Positions 29,941 through 41,742 of a DNA stretch of 63,278 bases are shown here, piece after piece. Every line of letters begins with the position of its first letter. Within the stretch, counting starts at the first letter, position 1. Position numbers and translations under genes: made by a program. The notes beneath the pieces were generated by a model. The model was not told where the DNA came from and made no database searches. It saw nothing but the letters and a program-made list of their open reading frames with translations. Origin of the DNA: Deinococcota bacterium (GTDB lineage Bacteria > Deinococcota > Deinococci > Deinococcales > Thermaceae); assembly GCA_041695225.1 (NCBI GenBank), contig JBGFRI010000018.1, positions 1 through 63,278 on the forward strand, given 5' to 3'.

Positions 29941-30468
29941 CTAGGGAAGCCTGGCCAGGAACTGCTTTAGGTCTTGTTGCGATGCAATCGGGGTGAGCAT
30001 CTGTAGGGTCTCGGGGGTGACCTCGAGCCCCGGGCGAATCACCTCGAGCCAGCTCCGATGCACTCCCAGGGGCTTGAGCGGTTTGTGGTGCATCTGGGCG
30101 ATGTAGTTGAGGTTCCAGGCGGCCAGTATCTCGGCCAGAGTGCCCACCCCACCGGGCAGGGCCAGGCAGGCCACGCTCACATCAATCAGCCGCTCAATTC
30201 GCGTCATCAGCGAGGAGGAAGGCAGCTCCAAGTCTACATGCGCATTAGGCCCATCGCGGTGGGGAAACAAGACCGGCGCAGTGATACCCACCACCAGCCC
30301 GCCGGCCTCTTTGGCCCCTTGCGAGACCGCCTCCATAGCCCCGTTGTAGCCCCCGGTAGCCACACCAAACCCGGCCCGCGCCACCGCGCGGCCCCAGACC
30401 AGCGCCTCGGCAAAGGCAGGTGTGCCCGGCTGCACCCTGGACGAACCAAACAAAGTAATCAGCCGCAT
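29941..30468 (-). CDS. LOG/SLOG family protein (short form)
   Basis: FGSS, TGGYNGAMEA, LPGGVGTLAE. Confidence 0.88.
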   Translation of the reverse strand: MRLITLFGSSRVQPGTPAFAEALVWGRAVARAGFGVATGGYNGAMEAVSQGAKEAGGLVVGITAPVLFPHRDGPNAHVDLELPSSSLMTRIERLIDVSVACLALPGGVGTLAEILAAWNLNYIAQMHHKPLKPLGVHRSWLEVIRPGLEVTPETLQMLTPIASQQDLKQFLARLP

Positions 30469-30556
30469 GTAAATAGCCTACCCGGTGTACAGCGAGCTAG
30501 CACAGCACCGGCTCTCTAGCGATACCGAGTAACCTAGCCAGGTGTCCAATTTCCCC

Positions 30557-30743
30557 CACCATAGAGCGGACAATAACATGCTCTTGGATGGATGTAACCT
30601 ACTCCATAGACCGGACAATAGCATGCTCCGAGATGGATGTAACCTACTCCATAGACCGGACAATAGCATGCTCCGAGATGGATGTAACCTAACTCCATAG
30701 ACCGGGCAATGGCATGGCCAAAGAAGATGTAACTTGCTCCATG
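30557..30743 (+). repeat. 45-bp tandem repeat array (about 4 units)
   Basis: Unit CTCCATAGACCGGACAATAGCATGCTCCGAGATGGATGTAACCTA; CCATRG anchors at 30559, 30604, 30649, 30695, 30739. Confidence 0.9.
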
Positions 30744-30987
30744 GTGCCAAGCTGCCTGGGAGCAGATGAGTGTAGATTTACCTGGCTGGGGCTTGAAATA
30801 ACGCCCACCTTGCAGGTTATCTTAAGTGGGGCTTTACTCGACCTCTCATCTGTGAGCTTTAGCCTGAACCTGCCCCCAAGAGCGACCTGCAAAAATCTGA
30901 AGCTGTGCTGACCTGGCACGCTCAGTATGGAGGTACCGCTCAGGAGGGCTCAGATTAGCCTCGAAACCGCTTGAAAGGAGGTTTGCA

Positions 30988-32253
30988 ATGAATATAGCAA
31001 TTCTTTGCCATGCCAGTGCAGGAGGCTCGGGGGTGGTGGCTACCGAGCTGGCGCTGGCCCTGGCAGGGTTGGGGCACAGCGTGCATGTGGTAGCTTCCGA
31101 GCGACCTTTTCGCCTGACCGAAGAAAGGCTCAACCAGCTTGGTCTGAACCGCGATAAGTACTCGATGGGGCAGGAGCCAGTTGGCAGGCTGGGGCGCATT
31201 TTTAAGGCTTCCAAAGAGAGCGTGGCCCGGTGGCTGGGCCTGATCAACAAGCCCCTCAAAACCGGTTCGCTGCACTTTCACCAGATTCTGAGCGCCGACT
31301 ATCCTCTGTTCCAGGAACCGCTCACCCCGCTCACCGCCGCCAACTCGATAGCCGATTTGATCGAGCGCTTCAAGATCGAACTGGTGCACGCTCACTACGC
31401 AATTCCTCACGCTACCAGCGCCATTCTGGCCCGCGATATGGGGCTCGACATCAAGGTGGTGACCACCCTGCACGGCACCGATGTAACCCTGGTGGGCCAG
31501 GAGCCGGCCTTTGCCAGGACAACCCAGCACGCCATACGCACTTCGGATGCGGTGACGGCTGTCTCTAACTCGCTGGCCCAGGACGCCCGCCTCAAGATGG
31601 GAGTAGAGCGCGAAATTGAGGTGATCTACAACTGGGTTGACCCCGAGCGCTTCAAGCCCAACTACGACCCGGCCTTTAGGGCGCGGTTTGCTCAACCCGA
31701 AGAAGCCATAGTGCTGCATGTATCCAACTTCCGACCGATCAAGCGCCCCATGGATGCGCTGCGGGTGTTTGCGGGCATCCTCGAGCAGATGCCGGCCCGC
31801 ATGTTGATGATTGGGGAGGGGCCGCTACGCCAGGAGTGTGTGGACCTGGCGCACGAGCTCGACATTGCCGGACGGGTGCAGTTTTTGGAATCCACTCCTA
31901 CTATCGAGAAGTTCATGAGCGTGGCCGATCTGTTCCTGCTGCCTTCCGAGCAGGAGTCCTTTGGACTGGTGGCCCTGGAGGCCATGTCCAGTGGGGTGCC
32001 GGTGGTGGCGAGCCGGGTGGGTGGGCTGCCTGAACTGGTAGAGGAAGGTAAAACCGGCTTTTTGCGCCCGATGGGCGACGTGCAGGAGATGCTGTCGGCC
32101 AGCCTGGAAATCCTCTCCAACCGCCCCCGCCGCCGCAACATGGGCGAGGCGGCCCGCGAGCGGGCCATCCAGCACTTCCGGCCTGAGGTAGTACTGCCCA
32201 GGTACCTCGAGGTCTACGAAAAAACCCTGAACCTGGCCCCGCCAAGAAACTGA
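30988..32253 (+). CDS. bshA: N-acetyl-alpha-D-glucosaminyl L-malate synthase (bacillithiol biosynthesis)
   Basis: GGSGVVATEL, HAHYAIPHA, TTLHGTD, HVSNFRPIKR, ESFGLVALEAM. Confidence 0.9.
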   Translation: MNIAILCHASAGGSGVVATELALALAGLGHSVHVVASERPFRLTEERLNQLGLNRDKYSMGQEPVGRLGRIFKASKESVARWLGLINKPLKTGSLHFHQILSADYPLFQEPLTPLTAANSIADLIERFKIELVHAHYAIPHATSAILARDMGLDIKVVTTLHGTDVTLVGQEPAFARTTQHAIRTSDAVTAVSNSLAQDARLKMGVEREIEVIYNWVDPERFKPNYDPAFRARFAQPEEAIVLHVSNFRPIKRPMDALRVFAGILEQMPARMLMIGEGPLRQECVDLAHELDIAGRVQFLESTPTIEKFMSVADLFLLPSEQESFGLVALEAMSSGVPVVASRVGGLPELVEEGKTGFLRPMGDVQEMLSASLEILSNRPRRRNMGEAARERAIQHFRPEVVLPRYLEVYEKTLNLAPPRN

Positions 32254-32271
32254 GTTGTCCTCAGGGAGAAT

Positions 32272-32332
32272 GTCAAAGGTCTAAGGTCAAAGGTCTAAGG
32301 TCTTTCGACCTTCGACTTTCGACCTTCGACTT
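32272..32332. repeat. Heptamer tandem-repeat inverted array between convergent genes
   Basis: GTCAAAG GTCTAAG GTCAAAG GTCTAAG GTC TTTCGAC CTTCGAC TTTCGAC CTTCGAC. Confidence 0.85.
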
Positions 32333-32387
32333 TTGGTTTCACGGGCTCAAGTGAGCGCCAGGCCGACAAAATCCTTTTACCCAAACA

Positions 32388-33905
32388 TTACGGCCGGGGA
32401 TAAAGCGCCAGCCCGCTCACCACCCGGCGCGCCCCGCCGAGGTTGTTGGCTGGGTTACGTAGCTGGCCCTGCACCCACAGCTGTGCAGAGCTGCCGCCAT
32501 CCATACGGATGGCCCCCCAGAAACCCTTTTGGTGCAGGACTCGAGCCAGAACCGCCGGGCGCATTGGCTGGGTCACAATCAACCATAATCTTCCTTCCTT
32601 TGACCAGGCCACAACCGATTGCGCCGCGGTAGCCTCCACTGGCGCCCGGTCGCGGAAGGGTTCGGACTGGGGATCAAAAACGTTGACCCCGCTTTGAATG
32701 AGCAGGGGCCCGGCTTCCAGGGCGTGGCTGACCGGGGGCTCGAGGCTACCAAGAAACCTGAGGGTATCGCCGGTGCGGGCAATGGGCTCGTCCAGGGGAA
32801 AGGTGAGCGCCCACAGGCCCTCGGGAAGCTGGTACGGGGCCGGATGGGTGGCGATGATCTGATCTTCTTGCAAAATATGGACACCTTCACCCGCCCGGCC
32901 TATCCTTCCGGGCAAAGTATGTACGGTGTACCTGGCCCGGGCCAGGTTTACCCCCACCCTTTTCCTGCGCCCATCGGAAAGCTGTAGCCAGACGGCAAAC
33001 TGCGGCCGGCCAGCAAAGACCAGATCGTCCTGCCAGAGCAAGGCCGAACGTCCAAAAGGGAAGCTGAGCGGTACCCCCCCTCGCACCCATAGCCCGATAG
33101 GGGTTCCGGTAGGAGCATCGAAGTAGCCGCCGTTCAAGATGGCCAGGGCTTGTGGGGCCATCTGGGGCAAAAGCTGGCGTTGCCCGGGGCGGCCCACCGG
33201 CTCCATGCGCCAGCGCCCCGGGTCGGCCTCCATCCAGTACATTCGCACCGGCTCGGGTGTCCAGACCCACAGCTCGCGGTAGCGGAAGCCCTCCCGTACC
33301 TGCAGGCTCACCTCGGGCTCGAGATAAAACACATCCATTACATAACGGGCAGGGTTAGAGAGTACGAAGGTACGGTAGCGGTTGACCCGCTCTGGTGGGG
33401 CCCGGATGGTTAGTACGGTGGCGGCCGGCTCATACTGCCAGGCTAGCAAGCCACTTGGGACAAGCAGTGATTCTAGCCCAGGCAAAAAGTATGGCAGGCT
33501 TAGCCTTAGCTCGCTGTCAAAGGGGCTGGGTTCGGTGCTGGGCAGGCCGGCTAAGTCGCTGCCCTCGGGCAGGTCCAGCACCAGGCGAAATCGGTCGGGC
33601 CGGGAAGAAAAGCGCACCGGGGCTTCTGGAGCGCTAATCAGGCCCGCCGCCCGCACCACCTCGAGGGCCAGCAGCGTCCCCTGGGGTGGTGGAAGGTTGG
33701 CTGCCAGGGGCGGGGTCCAGCCGAGGCCTTCTACGTAGGTGAAATGCAGCTCGTTCTTCCTGAAGGTAGTGGCCCCGCTCTCCTGCGTCACCTCCAGGCC
33801 CAGCCTGCCTGCGGGAATCATCACCGCACTACCCCCCAAAGCTGAGGCCGCCTGTGCGTGAGCAATCATCCAAAAAATAACCGGTAAAGTCCAGCGAGGC
33901 AGCAT
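32388..33905 (-). CDS. Exported phosphodiester glycosidase (NAGPA-like) family protein
   Basis: Signal peptide, AILNGGYF, AGPLL, AIRMDGGSS. Confidence 0.82.
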   Translation of the reverse strand: MLPRWTLPVIFWMIAHAQAASALGGSAVMIPAGRLGLEVTQESGATTFRKNELHFTYVEGLGWTPPLAANLPPPQGTLLALEVVRAAGLISAPEAPVRFSSRPDRFRLVLDLPEGSDLAGLPSTEPSPFDSELRLSLPYFLPGLESLLVPSGLLAWQYEPAATVLTIRAPPERVNRYRTFVLSNPARYVMDVFYLEPEVSLQVREGFRYRELWVWTPEPVRMYWMEADPGRWRMEPVGRPGQRQLLPQMAPQALAILNGGYFDAPTGTPIGLWVRGGVPLSFPFGRSALLWQDDLVFAGRPQFAVWLQLSDGRRKRVGVNLARARYTVHTLPGRIGRAGEGVHILQEDQIIATHPAPYQLPEGLWALTFPLDEPIARTGDTLRFLGSLEPPVSHALEAGPLLIQSGVNVFDPQSEPFRDRAPVEATAAQSVVAWSKEGRLWLIVTQPMRPAVLARVLHQKGFWGAIRMDGGSSAQLWVQGQLRNPANNLGGARRVVSGLALYPRP

Positions 33906-34046
33906 ACTTCAATTCCAAACCATAACCCCTCAAGCCAAACACGCAAAGTTTCAGGCCACACTCGAGGGCCAAAAATCCGAAAGCTTTCTGGGCTACATAG
34001 TTCGCCCAATCGCCCTCGCAACGTGGGCAAAATACCGAAGAATGGC

Positions 34047-35816
34047 CTACAACCAGTCCTGCGCTGGACTTACAAACATATCATCCAGCCGCTTTAGCCT
34101 GGCCGCCAGTAGCGGCACCTTATCCAGCTCGTAATTGAAAAAGTAGCGGGCTGTTTCCAGCTTCCCCCGGTAAAAAGGCCCCTCTTTTCCCAGCGATTTT
34201 TGCGCCTGCTGCAACCACAGCCAGGCCAGCGTCACCGTACCAAAGAGCTCGAGGTAGGCAAACGAGTTAGCAAAGGCCCGTTCTATCTCTCCCTCGGCTG
34301 CCCTGCCCAGCAGAGCCCTGGTTACATCCGCTGTGGCCTGTAGCGATTCTGCAAGCTGCTCGGCGTACCCCTGCAACTCTGTTTGTGTGCGGGCTTCGGC
34401 GATGGTCTTCTGGATCTCGCCCGCCCACAGTCCGAACCCTGCCCCGCCCTGCATCCCCACCTTGCGCCCCAGCAGGTCCAGGGCCTGGATGCCATTGGTG
34501 CCCTCGTGGATAGCGTTCAGGCGGTTGTCGCGGTAGAACTGCTCGACGTTGTACTCGCGGGTGTAGCCATAACCCCCGTGTACCTGGATGGCCAGCTCGT
34601 TGGCTTTCTGTCCCAGCTCGCTCGACCAGCCCTTCACCACCGGGGTCAGTATCTCCAGCAGCAGGTTGGCCTGCTCGGCAGCCTCGGGGGTGGAAGCGCT
34701 TCGCTCTTCGTCCACCAGCCGCGCCGCATACAGGCAGAGGTGTAAAGAGCCTTCGGCATAGGCTTTCTGCATTAGCAACATGCGCCGAACGTCGGGGTGC
34801 TGGATGATGGGGACTGCCGGGCTGGTGGGTTTTTTGTCGCCCAGGCGGCGGCCCTGGGTGCGCTCGCGGGCATAGTCCAGCGCGTGCAGATAGCCGGTGT
34901 AGGCCAGGGCCATGGCCCCCATCCCCACCCCAATGCGGGCCTCGTTCATCATGGTGAACATATAGGAAAGCCCCTGGTGCGGCTCACCTACCAGCTCGCC
35001 CACGGCATCCTCGAGGCTCAGCAAACAGTTGGGAATGCCCGCATAGCCCATCTTGTGGTTCAGCCCCGCCATCTTCACCCCGTTGCGCTCTCCCAGGCTG
35101 CCGTCGAGCTCGACCCGGTACTTGGGCACGATGAAGAGCGAGATCCCCTTCACTCCCAGCGGCCCGCCGGGAATTTTGGCCAGCACCAGGTGGACAATGT
35201 TCTCCGAGACTTCGTGGTCGCCGCCGGAAATCCACATCTTGGAGCCGTTGAGCCGGTAGGTGCCATCGGGCTGGGGCTCGGCCCGAGTCAGAATATCGGT
35301 CAGCGAAGAACCGGCGTGGGGCTCGGAAAGGCACATGGTGCCAAAGAAGCGGCCCTCTAACTGGGGAATCAGATACTTCTTCTGCTGGGCCTGCGAGCCA
35401 TACTTACGCAGCACATTGGCATTGCCGGCGGTGAGCAGGGCAAAGCTGGTGGTGGCGATGTTAGCGGCCTTGAAAAAGGCTCCATAGGCAGTTGAAATCA
35501 CGTAGGGTAGCTGGATGCCGCCTAGCTCGTAGTCGTGGGTAGCGGCAAACAAACCCGCTTTGCGGTACTCCTCCAGCGCAGCCTTCACTTCGGGGATGGT
35601 GTGGACTTTTTCCCCGTCGAACCAGGGCTCCTCCTGGTCTCCTTTCTTGTTGTGGGTAGCGAAGTGTTCGGCAGCAATCCTGATGGCCACATCGAGAATG
35701 TCCTTGAAAGTTTCGCGGCTGTGGTCGCAGTAGCGCTCGCGCCGGGTGAGGGCCTCGACATCCAGCACTTCGTACAGCAGGAATTCGAGGTCGCGCCTCG
35801 AGATCAGCTTGTCCAT
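34047..35816 (-). CDS. Acyl-CoA dehydrogenase
   Basis: MCLSEPHAGS, GSKMWIS, QVHGGYGY, IHEGTNGIQA. Confidence 0.95.
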   Translation of the reverse strand: MDKLISRRDLEFLLYEVLDVEALTRRERYCDHSRETFKDILDVAIRIAAEHFATHNKKGDQEEPWFDGEKVHTIPEVKAALEEYRKAGLFAATHDYELGGIQLPYVISTAYGAFFKAANIATTSFALLTAGNANVLRKYGSQAQQKKYLIPQLEGRFFGTMCLSEPHAGSSLTDILTRAEPQPDGTYRLNGSKMWISGGDHEVSENIVHLVLAKIPGGPLGVKGISLFIVPKYRVELDGSLGERNGVKMAGLNHKMGYAGIPNCLLSLEDAVGELVGEPHQGLSYMFTMMNEARIGVGMGAMALAYTGYLHALDYARERTQGRRLGDKKPTSPAVPIIQHPDVRRMLLMQKAYAEGSLHLCLYAARLVDEERSASTPEAAEQANLLLEILTPVVKGWSSELGQKANELAIQVHGGYGYTREYNVEQFYRDNRLNAIHEGTNGIQALDLLGRKVGMQGGAGFGLWAGEIQKTIAEARTQTELQGYAEQLAESLQATADVTRALLGRAAEGEIERAFANSFAYLELFGTVTLAWLWLQQAQKSLGKEGPFYRGKLETARYFFNYELDKVPLLAARLKRLDDMFVSPAQDWL

Positions 35817-35938
35817 CGCAGGATAATTCTACCCTGTCGTGGGCATCTGAAATAGTGCAGGACTCGAAAGTCCCCGGCCAGCCTCGAGGGCTTGATTCGG
35901 TATCTTCATTTTGGAACGGCACAGATCATTCGAAATTG

Positions 35939-36071
35939 GTCGCAAGTCTCAAGTCGCAGGTCTCGGGTCGAGGGTCGAGCGCTTCACCTCGAGTCTTTCA
36001 GGCACTCGCCGCAGATTCAGTTTTTAAGCTTATGGCCTTCGACTCTGACACCCGACTCTGGACTCTCGACT
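35939..36071. repeat. Heptamer tandem-repeat inverted array
   Basis: GTCGCAA GTCTCAA GTCGCAG GTCTCGG GTCGAGG ... CTTCGAC TCTGAC CCCGAC TCTGGAC TCTCGAC. Confidence 0.75.
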
Positions 36072-36117
36072 CTTCTTCCTCCACCTGTATATGGCAAAAA
36101 CTTTCTTTCCAGACCGC

Positions 36118-37269
36118 TCAGGGTTTAACCCTTCGCAACACCCCAACCGCATCAATCAGCAGCCGCACGCTGTCTTCCATATGGCCGGTCGAGCCCAGCG
36201 AGAGGACGACTATGGCTTTGCTCTGGGAGTCCAGCACCAGCAGGGTGCCCAGAATGCCCAGGTGGCCGATCATATCGGGGTAGCGCAGCAGGGGAAAAAA
36301 GTCGGCGAACTTGAGGCGCATCATACCCCGCCCGTAGCGGAGAACCCGCTCGAAGCGGTTGAGCGGCTGGGAGAGGTACAGGAGGGTGTCCGGCCCGATC
36401 AGCCTTCCCTCCATCAGGGCCTGGCCAAATTTCAGCAGGTCGTCGGTGGTGCTGGCGACCCCTCCTCCGGCCCAGTCCACGGTAAGGGCGGGCGACTGGC
36501 TAAGGTCTGCGCCGTTGATCCAGACCGGGCTTAGCCTGGCGGTGGGCTGATTGGGCTGGGTGCGAAAGGGGAAGTAACTGTGCTCCATGCCCAGCGGCCC
36601 GAAGATGCGCTGGTGCACCACCTCTTCAAACGGCTGGCTGTAGATGGCCTCGAGTACCAGCCCCAGCAGCACGAAGCCCGAGTCGGAGTAGTGGAAGCCC
36701 TGGCCGGGGGGAAACACGGCTTTTTGGCCGGATCGAGTCAGGTGTAACAATTCCTGTGGTATCCAGGTCTTTTGTGGTTCTAAGGCCACCTGTTCCATCA
36801 AGGGCTTGCCGCCCTGCACCGGGTCGGAAAAGTAGTCGGCAATGCCCGAGGTATGCATCAGCAGATGCTCGAGCCTCACCTCGTCCCGGTAGTCCACACC
36901 GTCCACCACAAAGAGGTGCTCGAGGGTCTCGTGGGGCAGTAAGTCTACCAGCCTGGAATCCCAGCGCAGTCTGCCCTGCTCAACCAGTTGGGCAGTCAGC
37001 ACGGTGGTGAAGAGTTTGCCCACGCTGGCCACATGAAACGGTTGCTCGGCCGAGGCGCCAAAATGCCCGGAAAACTGGGGGCTGGAAACCAGCATCTGGG
37101 CCTGGGCCAACCGGGGTGATTTTCTTTGCACGGCCTGCACGCGCCTATGTAGGGCCTCTCGAGCCTGGGCAGCCGTCATCGGACGCGCAAACGACCAGAC
37201 CAGGCCTCCAGCAACCAGCACCACTCCCAAGCCCAACAGACCCCAGATTGGAACATTCTCGAGCATCAT
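36118..37269 (-). CDS. Serine hydrolase (beta-lactamase/class C-like) with N-terminal TM
   Basis: ASVGK (SxxK), LLMHTSG, FHYSD, GHLG. Confidence 0.9.
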   Translation of the reverse strand: MMLENVPIWGLLGLGVVLVAGGLVWSFARPMTAAQAREALHRRVQAVQRKSPRLAQAQMLVSSPQFSGHFGASAEQPFHVASVGKLFTTVLTAQLVEQGRLRWDSRLVDLLPHETLEHLFVVDGVDYRDEVRLEHLLMHTSGIADYFSDPVQGGKPLMEQVALEPQKTWIPQELLHLTRSGQKAVFPPGQGFHYSDSGFVLLGLVLEAIYSQPFEEVVHQRIFGPLGMEHSYFPFRTQPNQPTARLSPVWINGADLSQSPALTVDWAGGGVASTTDDLLKFGQALMEGRLIGPDTLLYLSQPLNRFERVLRYGRGMMRLKFADFFPLLRYPDMIGHLGILGTLLVLDSQSKAIVVLSLGSTGHMEDSVRLLIDAVGVLRRVKP

Positions 37270-37287
37270 ATTCCTAATAGTAATATG
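37267..37287. promoter_or_regulatory. Palindromic operator candidate for the PadR regulator
   Basis: CATATTCCTAATAGTAATATG near-perfect inverted repeat in the short divergent intergenic region. Confidence 0.55.
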
Positions 37288-37324
37288 TGGCGTTCAAAAA
37301 AGCTATACTTAGGGCAGGTGACCT

Positions 37325-37891
37325 GTGGATTTTAGCGTTCTGGGCTTACTGATGTTGTTCCCCCACAGCCTCTACGACCTCAAGCAGTCCTTCTCACGCA
37401 GCCTGAGCCTGTTTTATAGCTCGAGCCTGGGCAGCCTCCAGGTCTCGGTCAGGAAGCTCCTGAAGCGGGGTCTGATTGAAGTTCACCAGCGCAGCCAGCA
37501 GGGCCGCGCCAAGGTCACCTACCGTATCACCGAGGCAGGCCGGGCCTTCTTCCTGAGCCAGTTCACCGCTCCCATCCCGGCAGGGAGGCTCGAGGAGACC
37601 GTGCTGGCCCGCTTTCACTTTCTGGGCCTGGTGGAGCGGGAAAAAAGGATCGAGGTGCTGCGCTTCTTAATCGCCGCCATCGAGGCTTCGCTTTCCGAGT
37701 TGCAAACCCTTAAGGCCAGCCTGGACGAGCTAGCCATCCCCCCCGAGTGGCAGGAGGTCGCGCACTACCAGATTGCCACCGCCGACTACGGCATCCAGGC
37801 CCACCAGACCGGGCTGGCCTGGTTCAAGGAGCAGCTAGAGCGGGAGGTTGAGCTGCTGGGCTCGAGTGGACGGCTAAAGGCCCCGCCTTAG
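37325..37891 (+). CDS. PadR family transcriptional regulator
   Basis: LGLL...YDLKQ...SLGSL...LLKRGLI...KVTYRITEAGR winged HTH. Confidence 0.88.
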   Translation: MDFSVLGLLMLFPHSLYDLKQSFSRSLSLFYSSSLGSLQVSVRKLLKRGLIEVHQRSQQGRAKVTYRITEAGRAFFLSQFTAPIPAGRLEETVLARFHFLGLVEREKRIEVLRFLIAAIEASLSELQTLKASLDELAIPPEWQEVAHYQIATADYGIQAHQTGLAWFKEQLEREVELLGSSGRLKAPP

Positions 37892-38017
37892 CCTTCGTTT
37901 TTCAGCTTAGAGCCCAATTCCCTATTGGAATAACACTTTTCCGGGACGGTCTAGTCTTTAGCTTTGAGCTTTCAGCTGCTTATACCAGAAGTCTGTTGGG
38001 ACTTTGCGATACCGGTT

Positions 38018-38827
<810 letters not shown>

Positions 38828-38840
38828 CTGCAAACCGCCT

Positions 38841-39893
<1,053 letters not shown>

Positions 39894-39917
39894 CTAGAAT
39901 ACCCGATAAGCACAGCT

Positions 39918-40484
39918 ATGAAAACCGGCGGATTCTCCCACGTAATCGGCTTCGACGACTTCCCGTTCGAGCCCGGCCACCGGGGTAATGTGAAAATAGT
40001 GGGCGCGGTGTACGCTGGGCTGCGCCTGGAGGGCGTTGTAAGCGCACAAATTCGGCGAGACGGGCGCAACAGCACCCAGGTGCTCACCCGGCTGGTTCGG
40101 CACTCCAAGTTCTACCCAGGCCTTCAACTGGTGATGCTCCAGGGCATTGCGCTGGGTGGGTTCAACGTGGTGGACATCCACGCACTTTCCGAAGCCCTGG
40201 CCCTGCCGGTGCTGGTGGTCTCGCGCCGCAGACCCAACCTGAAGGCCATCCAGGCTGCTCTTGGCAAGGTGCGGGGTGGCAGACCGAAGTGGGCGCTGGT
40301 CCAGAAAGCTGGTGATATTGAGCCCGTGGCCGGGGTCTGGATCCAGCGCTGTGGACTGACCCTGCGGCAGGCCGAGCAGACCATCCAGCGCTTCGCGGTG
40401 CACTCCAACATCCCCGAGCCTTTGCGCACAGCCCACCTGATCGCAAGCGGCGTCGCCACCGGCCAGAGCCGGGCCAGACCCTAA
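39918..40484 (+). CDS. DUF99 family protein (endonuclease V-like fold), antisense within the lys operon
   Basis: VIGFDD.PF, DGRNST, LQGIALGGFNVVD, PEPLRTAHLIA. Confidence 0.85.
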   Translation: MKTGGFSHVIGFDDFPFEPGHRGNVKIVGAVYAGLRLEGVVSAQIRRDGRNSTQVLTRLVRHSKFYPGLQLVMLQGIALGGFNVVDIHALSEALALPVLVVSRRRPNLKAIQAALGKVRGGRPKWALVQKAGDIEPVAGVWIQRCGLTLRQAEQTIQRFAVHSNIPEPLRTAHLIASGVATGQSRARP

Positions 40485-40499
40485 AAAGCTCTGGCTGGG

Positions 40500-40577
40500 C
40501 AGTGGCCTCTGCTTGCGGAAATGCAGCCACACGAACTTTTCGGCGCTGCGGTTGGAGTGGCCGAGCGTGAAAAGCAT
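40500..40577 (-). pseudogene. DUF488-family N-terminal remnant
   Basis: MLFTLGHSNRSAEKF starts 3 nt after the lysX stop; similarity is lost after about 17 codons. Confidence 0.55.
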
Positions 40578-40580
40578 GGC

Positions 40581-41426
40581 TCATTGCAGGCGGATGCTCC
40601 AGGCGTACTCGAGTATCCTGGCCGGAATATCCACCCCGGTGGTCGAGACCGAGTTTCTGAACTCCATGGTGTGGTTGACCTCGTTGACCAGCAGGCCTTT
40701 CGGCGACTCAAACAGGTCTATGGCTACCACGCCCCCGCCCACCGCCCGGGCAGCTTTTACGGCCATCTGGGCCAGTTCGGGGGTGACCTCGCACCTGGTG
40801 GCCTTGCCCCCACGGGCGGTATTGGTGATCCAGTGGTCAGAGCTGCGGTAGATGGCAGCGATGCAGGCGTCGCCCACCACAAAGGCCCGGATGTCCCGCC
40901 CCCCTTTTTCCACCAGTTCCTGCACGTAGTAGAGCTGGTGCTGGTACCCGCCCAGCACCTCCTTGTGCTCCACCATGGCCTCGGCGGCATCGCGGTCGCG
41001 GATCAGCGAGAGCAGGCGGCCCCAGGAGCCCACCACCGGCTTCATCACCACCGGATAGCCCATTGACTCGATCAGCTTGAGGGCCTGGTCGGGCTCGGTG
41101 GCCAGGGCAGTGAGCGGCTGGGCCAGGCCGTGTGCTTCCAGGGCGCAGCTAGTGGCCCACTTGTCGCCGCACACCTCGACCACCTCGGGCCGGTTGACCA
41201 CAGGAATCCCCAGGCTACTCAAGTAGCGGGCGACAGCCAGTCCTTTGCTCTGCGAGACCAGGCGCTCCACTGCGACGGTTACGCCGTCCAGTTCGGGCGG
41301 GCGCTGCCCTAGTTTCATCGAGAGATGTTTGGAGTAAATCTTCTTGAAAGGGATACCCAGCCCTTCAGCGGCTTTGAAGAGCATCTCCTCGTCGGGGCGG
41401 ATGCGGTCGTAAAGAATGGCGAGCAT
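40581..41426 (-). CDS. lysX: Alpha-aminoadipate-LysW ligase
   Basis: [42 protein letters not shown]-grasp motifs. Confidence 0.96.
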   Translation of the reverse strand: MLAILYDRIRPDEEMLFKAAEGLGIPFKKIYSKHLSMKLGQRPPELDGVTVAVERLVSQSKGLAVARYLSSLGIPVVNRPEVVEVCGDKWATSCALEAHGLAQPLTALATEPDQALKLIESMGYPVVMKPVVGSWGRLLSLIRDRDAAEAMVEHKEVLGGYQHQLYYVQELVEKGGRDIRAFVVGDACIAAIYRSSDHWITNTARGGKATRCEVTPELAQMAVKAARAVGGGVVAIDLFESPKGLLVNEVNHTMEFRNSVSTTGVDIPARILEYAWSIRLQ

Positions 41427-41429
41427 ATG

Positions 41430-41497
41430 GGTCGCAGGTCACAGGTCGCAGGACACAGGTCGGGGGGCTCGAGACTTGAGACCTGCGACTCGCGACA
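41430..41497. repeat. Heptamer tandem-repeat inverted array between lysW and lysX
   Basis: GTCGCAG GTCACAG GTCGCAG GACACAG ... GAGACTT GAGACCT GCGACTC GCGAC. Confidence 0.8.
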
Positions 41498-41511
41498 AGC
41501 CGCAAGGCGGC

Positions 41512-41676
41512 TTACTCCCCCCAGTCCTCCGCCTCTTCGGGGGCCGCGGCCAGTTTGAGGGGCTCGAGGCCCACCACTTCCAGCTCGGCGCCGCAGGTGG
41601 GGCAGACTACCAGCTCGCCCAGCTCGGGGTTGTTGATTTCGACAGGGCTTCCGCATTCGGGACAGTCGGATATCAT
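41512..41676 (-). CDS. lysW: Amino-group carrier protein LysW (54 aa, absent from the ORF track)
   Basis: Manual translation MISDCPECGSPVEINNPELGELVVCPTCGAELEVVGLEPLKLAAAPEEAEDWGE with the EDWGE C-terminus; GGAG RBS. Confidence 0.97.
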   Translation of the reverse strand: MISDCPECGSPVEINNPELGELVVCPTCGAELEVVGLEPLKLAAAPEEAEDWGE

Positions 41677-41742
41677 TTGCTCTCCTTCTTCTTGTTATCC
41701 TTTTAGGCTTCAGCTTTTGGCTATCAGCCATCGGCTGTCGGC

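Noticed and set aside
30478..30750. Repeat-peptide ORF (SMLLSGLWSRLHPSR)n, or a CRISPR interpretation of the 45-bp array
   Set aside because: The peptide is a by-product of the DNA repeat, related units are 44 or 46 bp, and there are no unique spacers.
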